NCBI RefSeq assembly: GCF_003332275.1
Contig: NZ_QOVA01000004.1
Coordinates: 186,327-210,326, forward strand
DNA: 24,000 bases
Direction: 5' to 3'
Origin: Edaphovirga cremea
GTDB lineage: Bacteria > Pseudomonadota > Gammaproteobacteria > Enterobacterales > Enterobacteriaceae
A program made the position numbers and the translations under genes. This document shows, in pieces, positions 16,879 to 24,000 of the stretch. Below the pieces are notes generated by a model. The model did not search any database and was not told the DNA's origin. It saw only the letters and a program-made list of their open reading frames with translations. Each line of letters begins with the position of its first letter. Within the stretch, counting starts at the first letter, position 1.

Positions 16879-17517
16879 TTAGAGAACCACATTTACTTCT
16901 GGTGGCGGTGGAGGTAAATCATCCAGCCCGATAACCTCTTTTTTACCGGACTCCACTTTCTGACTTCCTACGGAAATACTGGCAGAGACCCATTTGAAAA
17001 ACGCCTTAATGGATGAGGAGTCCGCTGTATCCAGCTGAAGAACGATTTCAGTAATTTCTTGCAAAACTTTCGTTTCGGCGGCATGCCCTGCGGCACAAGC
17101 CACGACAACGCCTGTGCGTGCCGCTTTGAAGGCACTGACTCCCTGGCGGTAGTCATCCGTCGGTGAACCATCGGTCATGATGAATACCAGTGGACGCCAG
17201 TCACCTTTTGTCTCGGCGGTGGTTTTCTGTACTTCGCGTTCGATACAGGCTGAAACCAGAGACAGGGCTTCACCCAGGGCAGTGGTGCCCCTCGCCACAA
17301 GGTCGGGTAATTTGAAATTGAGGAGGTCGGTCAGGGGAACGGCCTGGCGAGCGGCGGTATCAAAAGTAATAACAGAAACATAAGCTGTTTCAAGCGCGTA
17401 GGGATCTTGTCGAAGCGTCGATAACAACATTTGAACGCCGTTTTTAACGGCTTCAATCGGCTCGCCTGTCATCGAGCCCGATGTGTCAAGTACCAGATAG
17501 ACCGGGAGTCTTCGCAT
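16879..17517 (-). CDS. terY: TerY-type vWA protein (212 aa; terY1-like position next to terW)
   Basis: MRRLPVYLVLDTSGSM, GTTALG, FIMTDGSPTDD, KGDWRPLV, FFKWVSASI. C-terminal PPPPPEVNVVL. Confidence 0.9.
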   Translation of the reverse strand: MRRLPVYLVLDTSGSMTGEPIEAVKNGVQMLLSTLRQDPYALETAYVSVITFDTAARQAVPLTDLLNFKLPDLVARGTTALGEALSLVSACIEREVQKTTAETKGDWRPLVFIMTDGSPTDDYRQGVSAFKAARTGVVVACAAGHAAETKVLQEITEIVLQLDTADSSSIKAFFKWVSASISVGSQKVESGKKEVIGLDDLPPPPPEVNVVL

Positions 17518-17573
17518 GTAATTTCCCTACTATTATTAGTGGTGATATTTTTGACATAATAATTCATTTGGTC

Positions 17574-17603
17574 GTTATCTCAACAGAAATAGCAAGAGGT
17601 CAA
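17574..17603 (-). promoter_or_regulatory. Candidate promoter for the terY-terX-terY(-triad) unit
   Basis: Minus strand TTGACC (17603-17598), 18-nt spacer, GATAAC (17579-17574). It lies downstream of the terW terminator and about 55 nt upstream of the terY ATG. Weak -10; motif match only. Confidence 0.25.
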
Positions 17604-17649
17604 CGGTTCGAAACAGGGAGTATTGCCGAAGTAAAAGGGGTAACTGAAA

Positions 17650-17703
17650 GGAAAAGCAAAAGAAATCAAGCCGTGCCTGAATACAAGGATCCCTGCACGG
17701 GCT
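17650..17703 (-). terminator. Probable rho-independent terminator after terW
   Basis: Minus-strand RNA: AGCCCGUGC...GCACGGCU (8 bp with one bulged C, 18-nt loop), starting 8 nt after the terW stop. It is followed by UGAUUUCUUUUGCUUUUCCUUUC. The large loop lowers confidence. Confidence 0.5.
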
Positions 17704-17711
17704 ATTGGATT

Positions 17712-18185
17712 TTACACCCCTTTCTTTCTGGTCGGGAGGCCGCTTATCAACGTATCAATACAATTGATCACCAGCATTTCAACGGCCTCACTCCGGGTGG
17801 TGCCACTCAGCCGGGACAATTTATCTATCTTGCGCAAGGCTGACATTTTCAGTGAAAGCGAAACAGCCTTCTTTTTATCTTTATCCAGAATAACCCTGCT
17901 GACTATTTCACCTGTTTTAATCTCTGCGTTGGCAGTAAGCGCTTCACTCATGCGGCGTAATGTTTTTTTATCAAGCTGGCCGGGGGTAACGAGCTGATAA
18001 GAGTGTGTGGCCTTGCTGTACTTTATTTCCGCAGAGTAGGAGTCTCTGAGCTCCTTCAGGGCCCGGGTTAATGTCGGCTCTGAACAGTCAAGCGACGAAA
18101 TAATTCGGGTTGCAGAAACCGGTTTTCCTGAGCCCAGAAGATTTGCCAACGTGAAGATTCGGGCCTGTCGCGTACTGAGTTGCAT
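17712..18185 (-). CDS. terW: TerW, winged-helix DNA-binding regulator of the ter cluster
   Basis: 157 aa. MQLSTRQARIFTLANLLGSGKPVSATRIISSLDCSEPTLTRALKELR is a DeoR/HTH_11-type wHTH. Size and position (between terY and the biosynthetic genes) match terW of R478/O157-type ter clusters as I recall them. Confidence 0.8.
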   Translation of the reverse strand: MQLSTRQARIFTLANLLGSGKPVSATRIISSLDCSEPTLTRALKELRDSYSAEIKYSKATHSYQLVTPGQLDKKTLRRMSEALTANAEIKTGEIVSRVILDKDKKKAVSLSLKMSALRKIDKLSRLSGTTRSEAVEMLVINCIDTLISGLPTRKKGV

Positions 18186-18258
18186 AATTAGTTACTGCCT
18201 GCATTTATGTTCAATGGTTCTATGGACTGAAAGATAAACATGACAACCTCCAGTTCTT

Positions 18259-19206
18259 TTACGTAACCGTCATGAGGCGGACACCATTTTGCGCCTGCTC
18301 CGCAGAGATACCGTAAACCTGTGCACGAGCGAGGATCCCTGAGGCCCAGCGCCGGTGGGTTGCGGGTTCACACATGGCTCCCTGTGATTTAAAGACCGCC
18401 TGAGTGGAGTTCAGGATCCGCAGTGCGTCAGCATAGTCGATCGACGAGACCATCAGGGCCTGCTCTATTTTACTGATTTGATTAGGGTGAATGGCAGTTT
18501 TCCCCACCAGCCCGTGCGCCATATCCAGCGCCAGCTCCCTGTCCATAATCTGATGGTCGTCGATATGCTCACAGACCGGCGCAGTCAGGGCAAAATCACG
18601 GGAGGCAAAAATCGCCACCAGCATTTTGATCACATAACCCATCGGTCCGTCATACAGGGTGAAGTGACGTGTCCTTCTGAGGGAAATGACATTCATTAGG
18701 TCGTTGCCCCCAATGCGTAACGCAATAATCCGCTGGTGGCAGGGATGAGCCTGAAGCGCAGTCGCGAGTTCGCGCATTTGCACGACGTCGAAAACCTCTT
18801 CGGTTTCCAGTGTCGGCATTATACAAAGCTGGGTATCCCGAACAATCTCCCACCAGCCAGGCAAGGAGGCCAGTGTGAATTTCGGCAGTACCAGACCGTC
18901 TATAGGACTCAGGTCCATATTGGCGGCCAGCATTTGCCCCATCTCTATGTGTCGCGGGCGAACAAACACCAACGGCCAGTGGCTGTTGCCGTTGTTGGCC
19001 TTCGCCTGGGCAAGGATTGCCAGGAGTTCACGCAGATTGCTCAACGCAGTGGGGATATCGGATTCACTCACTGCGTCTTCGAGACAGATAACCAGGGAAC
19101 GCAATCCGTCAATTTTGTTGTTCAGAATTGCCTCGGCAATGTCTGTACGGGTCGCGGGCATATATAACGTTGCACCCAGATGCCATGGGGAGAGCCGTTT
19201 ATTCAT
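18259..19206 (-). CDS. HpcH/HpaI aldolase / citrate lyase beta (CitE)-like lyase
   Basis: 315 aa. ICLEDAVSE (metal-binding E/D), LRIGGNDL, GKTAIHPNQI, all characteristic of the CitE/HpcH TIM-barrel family. The start overlaps the upstream stop (TGATG). Confidence 0.85.
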   Translation of the reverse strand: MNKRLSPWHLGATLYMPATRTDIAEAILNNKIDGLRSLVICLEDAVSESDIPTALSNLRELLAILAQAKANNGNSHWPLVFVRPRHIEMGQMLAANMDLSPIDGLVLPKFTLASLPGWWEIVRDTQLCIMPTLETEEVFDVVQMRELATALQAHPCHQRIIALRIGGNDLMNVISLRRTRHFTLYDGPMGYVIKMLVAIFASRDFALTAPVCEHIDDHQIMDRELALDMAHGLVGKTAIHPNQISKIEQALMVSSIDYADALRILNSTQAVFKSQGAMCEPATHRRWASGILARAQVYGISAEQAQNGVRLMTVT

Positions 19207-20291
19207 CAGTGCACCTTTTTGATAATAGTGACCGCACGGTATTGACCTATATCGTCATCAACTTCAGTAATGGCGATGCCTTTTTCACGGGCGAGATAGA
19301 CCAGCAAAGCCACGTCAGGATCATTGACGGACCGCACAAGAACATGGTCAGGAACGCGTCGCAAGACAGCCCGTGTTGCCTCTGCAATGCCCGGCTTGAT
19401 TCGGTTGATGCTGGTAATCTGATACCTGCTCGCCAGGGCGTCGATCACATGTTCACTCTGTTTTTTAAGATACGCTTTCTGTCGCGGATCCCATTCACTG
19501 GCCGCGATGTGCGAGAGGTTTAATGTGTCACGGAATTCCGTCACCTTGTCGACCATTTTTCGGCTGCATTCGTACTGAAGGAGGTGGTCGCAAATGACGC
19601 AGCCGTGCAAACCTTCCGACGACCAGATTGAGCGCGAAATCAAACCAGAGACCGGAGCCCCCATGATACCGAAAGGTATTAACCAGTCATCATCACTGGC
19701 AGCGAGCCAGGAGCATCCGCAGGGATCAGCCAGCACAACCAGGCGGGGCTGGGCAGGGTAACCGGGACGATCCTTCAGGGAGCGGATCAGTTCACCCGTA
19801 ATCGCTCCCTTTCCCGTCCAGCCATCGACAAACACAATGCCTTCTGTGCCATGACGTTTTTCAATCCAGTCCAATGCTATCGTATCAATACCACGGTCAC
19901 GAATGATACTGATACCATAGTGATAGGATTCCTTGCCCATCGCGCGCAGCGTCTGGTGAAGCATTACGCCAAGGGGCACGCCGGCACGAACAAGGCTCGT
20001 CAGCACCACCGGCGTGTTACCGAAGCGCTGGATCAGCGCCTTAGCCAGCATGACCACTTCTTTTGCCAGGCGTTCAGAGCCGAGCGTCAGCGCCTGTGCG
20101 AATAAATCCAGATGCCATGCTGTCGGTTCCGGTTCCTGACTCAACATGTCGGAATAATGCCGTGCACCTGACTGAATGAGCTGTTCCTTCAGCGCCACTG
20201 GGGTCATTTCGATTTCCACCGGGTTAAGCAGAAAATGGACATCTTCGGGCAGGTACGAACCTGAAAAAGGGATGTAATCACGGTCGCGCAT
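19206..20291 (-). CDS. Ter-associated phosphoribosyltransferase-like protein (PRTase_1/StiP-type) with C-terminal PELOTA/L7Ae-like domain
   Basis: Start set at ATG 20291 (MRDRDYIPF...), with GGAG 9 nt upstream and 1 nt after the HAD stop. The ORF-track start at 20357 would overlap HAD by 65 nt. Divergent PRPP loop IVFVDGWTGKGAITG. The C-terminal tail VLVRSVNDPDVALLVYLAREKGIAITEV resembles Pelota/L7Ae-fold modules. Confidence 0.72.
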   Translation of the reverse strand: MRDRDYIPFSGSYLPEDVHFLLNPVEIEMTPVALKEQLIQSGARHYSDMLSQEPEPTAWHLDLFAQALTLGSERLAKEVVMLAKALIQRFGNTPVVLTSLVRAGVPLGVMLHQTLRAMGKESYHYGISIIRDRGIDTIALDWIEKRHGTEGIVFVDGWTGKGAITGELIRSLKDRPGYPAQPRLVVLADPCGCSWLAASDDDWLIPFGIMGAPVSGLISRSIWSSEGLHGCVICDHLLQYECSRKMVDKVTEFRDTLNLSHIAASEWDPRQKAYLKKQSEHVIDALASRYQITSINRIKPGIAEATRAVLRRVPDHVLVRSVNDPDVALLVYLAREKGIAITEVDDDIGQYRAVTIIKKVH

Positions 20292-20292
20292 A

Positions 20293-21066
20293 TTATTGTT
20301 CTCCGAAAATTTTGCTGGTGATTTTCTCAGCGAACTGGCTCTGACGGGGTAAGCCATACCATGTGCAGAGTTTCATAAAGCGATGATCGCTCAGACTGTC
20401 ACCCAACCCGATAACGGGAAAAACACCCCGTTCTTCGCGAAGTTTATTCAGCAAATAAGTCACGGCCAAACCTTTTTCTACCGGTACCGGCAGCCAGGCG
20501 ATATTGTTGCTGTTGCGGTGAATATAAAAACCGTCGGTTGAGAAAATCTGCTCAATTTCATCACCAATGGCATATAACTCATCGAGTCTGGTGCTGTCCC
20601 GATGCTTCATGACCAGATAAATCGGCGTATCGTTATATTCGTAGTTTATCCGCGCCCATCCATTGATATTCCTTGCTTCCATTAACTCGGTAATCTGACG
20701 CTGCATGGAAATGAGTTTCTCTGCGTAAGGCTTCAGGCTCTCCAGCATCAGCGTTTTCCACCCTTCATCAGGCTGGTTCTGAGCATTGAGAATCACTGCA
20801 CCATGTGTCGTCACCGACCATGAGCGAAAGGGAATGGTAACCCGTCTGATCTCCTCGGTTCCCCGGGCGGTCACCGGGATAAGTTCTGCCTGCTCCAGCA
20901 TCCAGTCCACCAGCATGGATTGTTCTTCAGTCATGAAACTGCGCGGTTCCATGCTGCGATCCAGTGCGCCGGTACGGAAGGGGTCAAGCCGCAGCTCATC
21001 CACCATTTTTCGCCGTGTCTGAAAAAGGGTATCGTCCAGGTCGGAAAAAATGACGGGTTTATTCAT
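20293..21066 (-). CDS. HAD-superfamily phosphatase
   Basis: Start at ATG 21066 (MNKPVIFSDLDDTLF), overlapping the upstream stop by 8 nt (ATGAATAA). The ORF-track TTG at 21081 is less likely. HAD motifs I DLDDT, II VTARG, IV GLGDSLSD. Confidence 0.8.
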   Translation of the reverse strand: MNKPVIFSDLDDTLFQTRRKMVDELRLDPFRTGALDRSMEPRSFMTEEQSMLVDWMLEQAELIPVTARGTEEIRRVTIPFRSWSVTTHGAVILNAQNQPDEGWKTLMLESLKPYAEKLISMQRQITELMEARNINGWARINYEYNDTPIYLVMKHRDSTRLDELYAIGDEIEQIFSTDGFYIHRNSNNIAWLPVPVEKGLAVTYLLNKLREERGVFPVIGLGDSLSDHRFMKLCTWYGLPRQSQFAEKITSKIFGEQ

Positions 21067-22201
21067 AGCAAACGATCTCAATAGAAGGAGCCACTTTACT
21101 TAGCGCCTCCAATAAAACAGGGTCGACACTTTCTTCCGGCGTTTCAATGCATAACAGGATGCGGTCAAAACGCTGATGTGCGACGTTATAAACAAAATTA
21201 GGGATGCCGAGCCCATAGTTGTCGGTGAACGCAATGGCGGACTGGATGGCAAAACCCGTCGCAATCGGAGAACGGGTCGTCGAACTGTATTTTACGTCCG
21301 CCCCTTGCTTCTCCAGACGCTCAGCCAGTAAAAACGGTTCCCAGACAAATTCGCCGGTTCCAAGTACCAGTAACTTTTCGCCAGCCTCAACGTGAATGGA
21401 TCTGCCCAGATCGCCTGCTGGGGCTGCCATGCCGAGTCGTCCCCAACTCTGCCTGCCGGTGACAGGGACGTTTCCGGACGCGGTGACGTTGACCTGCGGC
21501 ATGATGGGAACAGGGGCCGCCGGATTTCTTTCCCAGTGCCAGTCGCCCTGAACCAGCGAAACGGTTTGCACCGGCAGGGGACATAGCTCGGCGATAGCGT
21601 TGCCACTCCAGTCGGTCAATGTGACGGCAATAACCTGTCGAATATGTTTCAGTCCGGCCATATCGCGTAATGCGGCGAGCAAATTAATGCAGGTATTCCC
21701 CGTGGTGGCCTCATCATCGATCAGAACAACGGTCTGCGCCTCAAGCACACGACGGCGAAGCTCGGTATCGCCAGGTAAGTAGATGAGGTGATCTGTGGCA
21801 TGACTGTGGTCTTCTTTGAATTCGCACAGAAGATCGCCTTCCACCGGATGACGGGTGGAGGTCAGAAAGACAGGATCAGCAACCCGCGGCCTGACTTCGT
21901 CAAACACACCGGCCCCCAACCCTACCGCGGTTTCTGCCATACCAATAAACAGCACCGGACCTTCAGGAATCGAGGGGATCTGTTCGGCCAATTGCCGATA
22001 TATCGACCGCATCACATGCGGGGATACCGGGATATGCCTGCCAAGGACTTTACTGACGAACAAAAATGCGCGTTTGGGATTGCGTCGTTCTGCAATATCA
22101 AACAGGTCATCAAGGGAGATCTCCCCCCTGGTTGGGGTCACGCTCAGGGTTCCGCATGAGAGTATACGGCGGTAGACAGGATGGTCGGTAGAGATGTTCA
22201 T
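21059..22201 (-). CDS. Ter-associated type-I phosphoribosyltransferase (PRTase_2 plus C-terminal TRSP-like domain)
   Basis: 380 aa. Canonical PRPP-binding loop VVLIDDEATTGNT. The N-terminal half is PRTase-like; the about 150-aa C-terminal domain is of unknown function. The start is 6 nt after the ATP-grasp stop. Confidence 0.85.
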   Translation of the reverse strand: MNISTDHPVYRRILSCGTLSVTPTRGEISLDDLFDIAERRNPKRAFLFVSKVLGRHIPVSPHVMRSIYRQLAEQIPSIPEGPVLFIGMAETAVGLGAGVFDEVRPRVADPVFLTSTRHPVEGDLLCEFKEDHSHATDHLIYLPGDTELRRRVLEAQTVVLIDDEATTGNTCINLLAALRDMAGLKHIRQVIAVTLTDWSGNAIAELCPLPVQTVSLVQGDWHWERNPAAPVPIMPQVNVTASGNVPVTGRQSWGRLGMAAPAGDLGRSIHVEAGEKLLVLGTGEFVWEPFLLAERLEKQGADVKYSSTTRSPIATGFAIQSAIAFTDNYGLGIPNFVYNVAHQRFDRILLCIETPEESVDPVLLEALSKVAPSIEIVCYE

Positions 22202-22207
22202 GGTGAC

Positions 22208-23272
22208 TTATTCCTGCTGAAGAAGGTTGGTGAGCGTCGGGTCGTAGCTGATGACGTCGGTAACGGAACGGACCATCGCCGGGGAAAATGCACTGCTGGC
22301 CTCATCCGCGATATCCTGCTGGCTCATGAGACCCAACTGGCGCATGGCGAATAAGCCTGGCAGGTTAACGCCACTGTAGCGGGTATAGCCAATGCCACCT
22401 GATGGTCGCATATTGATTTCGAGCAGAACCGGTTGCCCGGATGCGTTGTTACGGGTCTGAACATTCACCAAACCATCTGCCTGCATCACTTCTGCACAAG
22501 AAATCGCCAGTTCATAAGCCTCCCCGGCGTTTTCCAGATATTGAAATGCGCCCTCTTTACGGCGGGCTACCGCGGCCAGTACTTTGCCTCGTTCAACGAG
22601 CATATCGACAGAGTACTCGGGGCCAGACAGATAAGGCATCAGCACCAGGGGCTCAAAGATCCCTGCCTGTTCAAGGGCAGAGATATACAGGTGAGCGTTC
22701 ACCTTGCGGCTGTCCGGGTGAGTGAATGCCGCCATCGGTGAAACGGTCTCATCAAACCGCCAGAACCCCATACCATAAATCCCCCTGACAGGTTTTATGC
22801 ACATTGGTTGTGTCCCAAAGGGAGAAAGGGCGAGCAGACGGCGTAATTCATCCACGGACTCCACGAGAATAGACGGCACGACCGGCAGCCCTTTTTTCTC
22901 CATGAACTGGGCGAAACTCACTTTATCATCTGCCAGTTCACATTGTGGCGCGCCAATGGCCCCGGTCGTCAACTTCGCACCGGAGTTTTCAATCTCCTGG
23001 CGGTGAGATTCGAACCATAGGCAGTTACGACCGGTGTGGATGGCCTGAATACCGAGTTGGTCGACGATCGACAGAATAAAAGAGAGGCGTTGATCGTCTT
23101 CTTTCGGCTCAAGAAGAGAGTGATCAGCCTGCGACAGAATTTCATTACGCTGATTGCGATGAGAGGCAATAACGCTAACGTCCGCCCCTTTTTTTTGAGC
23201 AAAAGCTTTAATTCCCTGAATGATATCTCGCTGGGAAGACAGTCCTTCCATGAGCCAAATTTTATGCGTCAT
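22208..23272 (-). CDS. ATP-grasp family ligase
   Basis: 354 aa. CIKPVRGIYGMG (ATP-binding Lys/Gly loop), SGPEYSVDML, LLEINMRPSGG (Mg/ATP E-x-N motif). First gene of the minus-strand biosynthetic unit. Confidence 0.85.
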   Translation of the reverse strand: MTHKIWLMEGLSSQRDIIQGIKAFAQKKGADVSVIASHRNQRNEILSQADHSLLEPKEDDQRLSFILSIVDQLGIQAIHTGRNCLWFESHRQEIENSGAKLTTGAIGAPQCELADDKVSFAQFMEKKGLPVVPSILVESVDELRRLLALSPFGTQPMCIKPVRGIYGMGFWRFDETVSPMAAFTHPDSRKVNAHLYISALEQAGIFEPLVLMPYLSGPEYSVDMLVERGKVLAAVARRKEGAFQYLENAGEAYELAISCAEVMQADGLVNVQTRNNASGQPVLLEINMRPSGGIGYTRYSGVNLPGLFAMRQLGLMSQQDIADEASSAFSPAMVRSVTDVISYDPTLTNLLQQE

Positions 23273-23324
23273 CGGTATAAATTCCCGTCTTGGGCTGAGT
23301 AGTTAAGTGAAGAGAACTGCAGTG

Positions 23325-23353
23325 AGTCTATGTACGTAAATTTTGCATGTCAA
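23325..23353 (-). promoter_or_regulatory. Candidate sigma70 promoter of the ATP-grasp...terW operon (TTGACA-N17-TAGACT)
   Basis: Minus strand: perfect -35 TTGACA (23353-23348), exactly 17 nt of spacer, TAGACT (23330-23325). It lies about 50 nt upstream of the ATP-grasp ATG. Motif match only. Confidence 0.45.
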
Positions 23354-23366
23354 TCATATTATGATT
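23352..23366. promoter_or_regulatory. Perfect 7-1-7 palindrome AATCATA-T-TATGATT overlapping the -35 (candidate operator)
   Basis: Read directly. Its last two bases are the first two of the minus-strand TTGACA. The related palindrome ATCATGAT plus ATGATT lies at 23522-23535, in the terZ-side promoter. Confidence 0.4.
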
Positions 23367-23506
23367 CCTCTGTCACGAAATTCAAATTTCACAAAATTGT
23401 AATAATCTCACGACAAAAATCGCCAAAGTCTTGAAGATTGAGAAAATAAAAACCGTTTAATATCAATATATTGTATGTATTGTAAAAATAACCATCAAAA
23501 ATGGCC

Positions 23507-23534
23507 TTGATCGAGAACTTCATCATGATATGAT
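23507..23534 (+). promoter_or_regulatory. Candidate sigma70 promoter of terZ (TTGATC-N16-TATGAT)
   Basis: TTGATC 23507-23512, 16-nt spacer, TATGAT 23529-23534, about 68 nt upstream of the terZ ATG. The spacer and -10 contain the palindrome ATCATGAT (23522-23529). Confidence 0.4.
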
Positions 23535-23602
23535 TTTTTTGTTCACGGGTTTTGGTGTAAAAAGTGTTGTTCTTTTCAATACCTCTTTTAAGGAATTCAA
23601 AT

Positions 23603-24000
23603 ATGGTTTCATTAAGGAAAAACGAAACGGTATCGCTCAGCAAACAATCTTCTGCCCTGAGCCAGCTTCAGTTTGGTCTGGGTTGGGATCCGATTAAGAA
23701 AAAAGGATTATTTGGCGGTCTTTTTGGCGCAAGCAGTTCCATTGACCTCGACGCAGGTTGTGTATTGCTGGATAAGTCCGGGAATAAAATCGATACCATT
23801 TGGTTCCGTAAACTCAAGTCCGACTGCGGCTCCGTTGTACATAGCGGCGACAACCTTACCGGTGAAGGTGACGGTGATGATGAAGTCATCCGCGTCGACC
23901 TGAACCGTTTACCCCAGAATGCCGAGTATCTGGCATTCACGGTAAACAGTTTCCGCGGTCAGACATTCAATGACGTTGATAACGCATTCTGCCGCGTGGT
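23603..24000 (+). CDS. terZ: TerZ (TerD-family tellurite/stress resistance protein), 5' partial, runs off the window
   Basis: Not in the ORF track because no stop falls inside the window. My translation from ATG 23603 (AAGGA SD 8 nt upstream): MVSLRKNETVSLSKQSSALSQLQFGLGWDPIKKKGLFGGLFG...GDNLTGEGDGDDEVIRVDLNRLPQNAEYLAFTVNSF. That is a TerD-family N-terminus with the Ca-binding GDNxTGEGDGDDE motif. Called terZ from its divergent position. Confidence 0.9.
   Translation, partial: MVSLRKNETVSLSKQSSALSQLQFGLGWDPIKKKGLFGGLFGASSSIDLDAGCVLLDKSGNKIDTIWFRKLKSDCGSVVHSGDNLTGEGDGDDEVIRVDLNRLPQNAEYLAFTVNSFRGQTFNDVDNAFCRV

Larger units (their letters stand above)
11173..24000. other. Accessory ter-associated gene island (partial; continues past the window end)
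   Basis: Every gene from 11316 onward belongs to families known to travel with terZABCDE: the TerY-P triad, terY/terX/terW, the PRTase/ATP-grasp/HAD/HpcH module, and terZ. None belongs to the E. coli yhiN neighbourhood. The left junction lies between 11173 and 11315; the right end is not in the window. Confidence 0.8.

Noticed and set aside
17481-17843. 120-aa plus-strand ORF spanning the terY-terW intergenic region
   Set aside because: It overlaps the ends of two supported minus-strand genes and the terW terminator, and has no motif or SD.
20292-20357. ORF-track start of the PRTase_1-type gene at 20357
   Set aside because: It would overlap the HAD gene by 65 nt. The ATG at 20291 has a GGAG SD and sits 1 nt after the HAD stop, matching the tight coupling seen at the other junctions.
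23389-23643. 84-aa minus-strand ORF in the terZ upstream region
   Set aside because: It lies in the AT-rich divergent promoter region and overlaps the terZ start and SD. Its translation is Phe/Ile/Asn/Lys-rich as expected from AT-rich DNA, with no SD or motif.
23668-23940. ORFs 23668-23940 (minus) and 23673-23903 (plus)
   Set aside because: Both overlap the clearly TerD-family frame starting at 23603, which the ORF track omits only because it has no stop in the window.
11173-24000. Calling the island a mobile element or a wholly undescribed system
   Set aside because: No integrase, transposase, tRNA target or flanking direct repeat is visible in the window. Gene content and order match, as far as I recall, the known left arm of R478/O157-type ter clusters. 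Novelty therefore lies in unknown function and mechanism, not in the existence of the gene set.

Overview
This looks like an Enterobacterales chromosomal window; I cannot assign a genus from sequence alone. All homology statements come from reading the translated ORFs and recalling family motifs and E. coli sequences. No searches were run.

The window has two parts:

(1) 1-11172 is a conserved housekeeping block. It is syntenic with the E. coli gor-rlmJ-prlC-rsmJ ... uspA-uspB-pitA-yhiN neighbourhood. A MerR/MlrA-like regulator sits where E. coli carries dtpB.

(2) From about 11.2 kb to the window end, every gene belongs to the accessory ter (tellurite / phage-inhibition / colicin resistance) super-cluster. 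All but terZ are on the minus strand:
- a Ser/Thr kinase, a PP2C phosphatase and a vWA protein with a Zn-ribbon tail (the TerY-P triad)
- terY-terX-terY
- the wHTH regulator terW
- a translationally coupled 5-gene biosynthetic module: ATP-grasp, PRTase, HAD phosphatase, PRTase-PELOTA, and an HpcH/CitE-like lyase
- divergently, the 5' part of terZ, which runs off the window and is missing from the ORF track

The component families have been described computationally, and the triad has been reported as an anti-phage system. As far as I know, the product of the biosynthetic module and the mechanism linking the parts are unknown. That is the most interesting content here.

Sequence-level oddities:
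- four 21-bp tandem repeats at the kinase 3' end, each carrying an in-frame TGA
- a perfect 14-bp-stem palindrome at the core/island junction
- ATCAT/ATGAT palindromes overlapping both divergent promoters upstream of terZ
- identical C-terminal penta-proline tails on both short TerY paralogues

No integrase, transposase, tRNA, rRNA or CRISPR array is visible.
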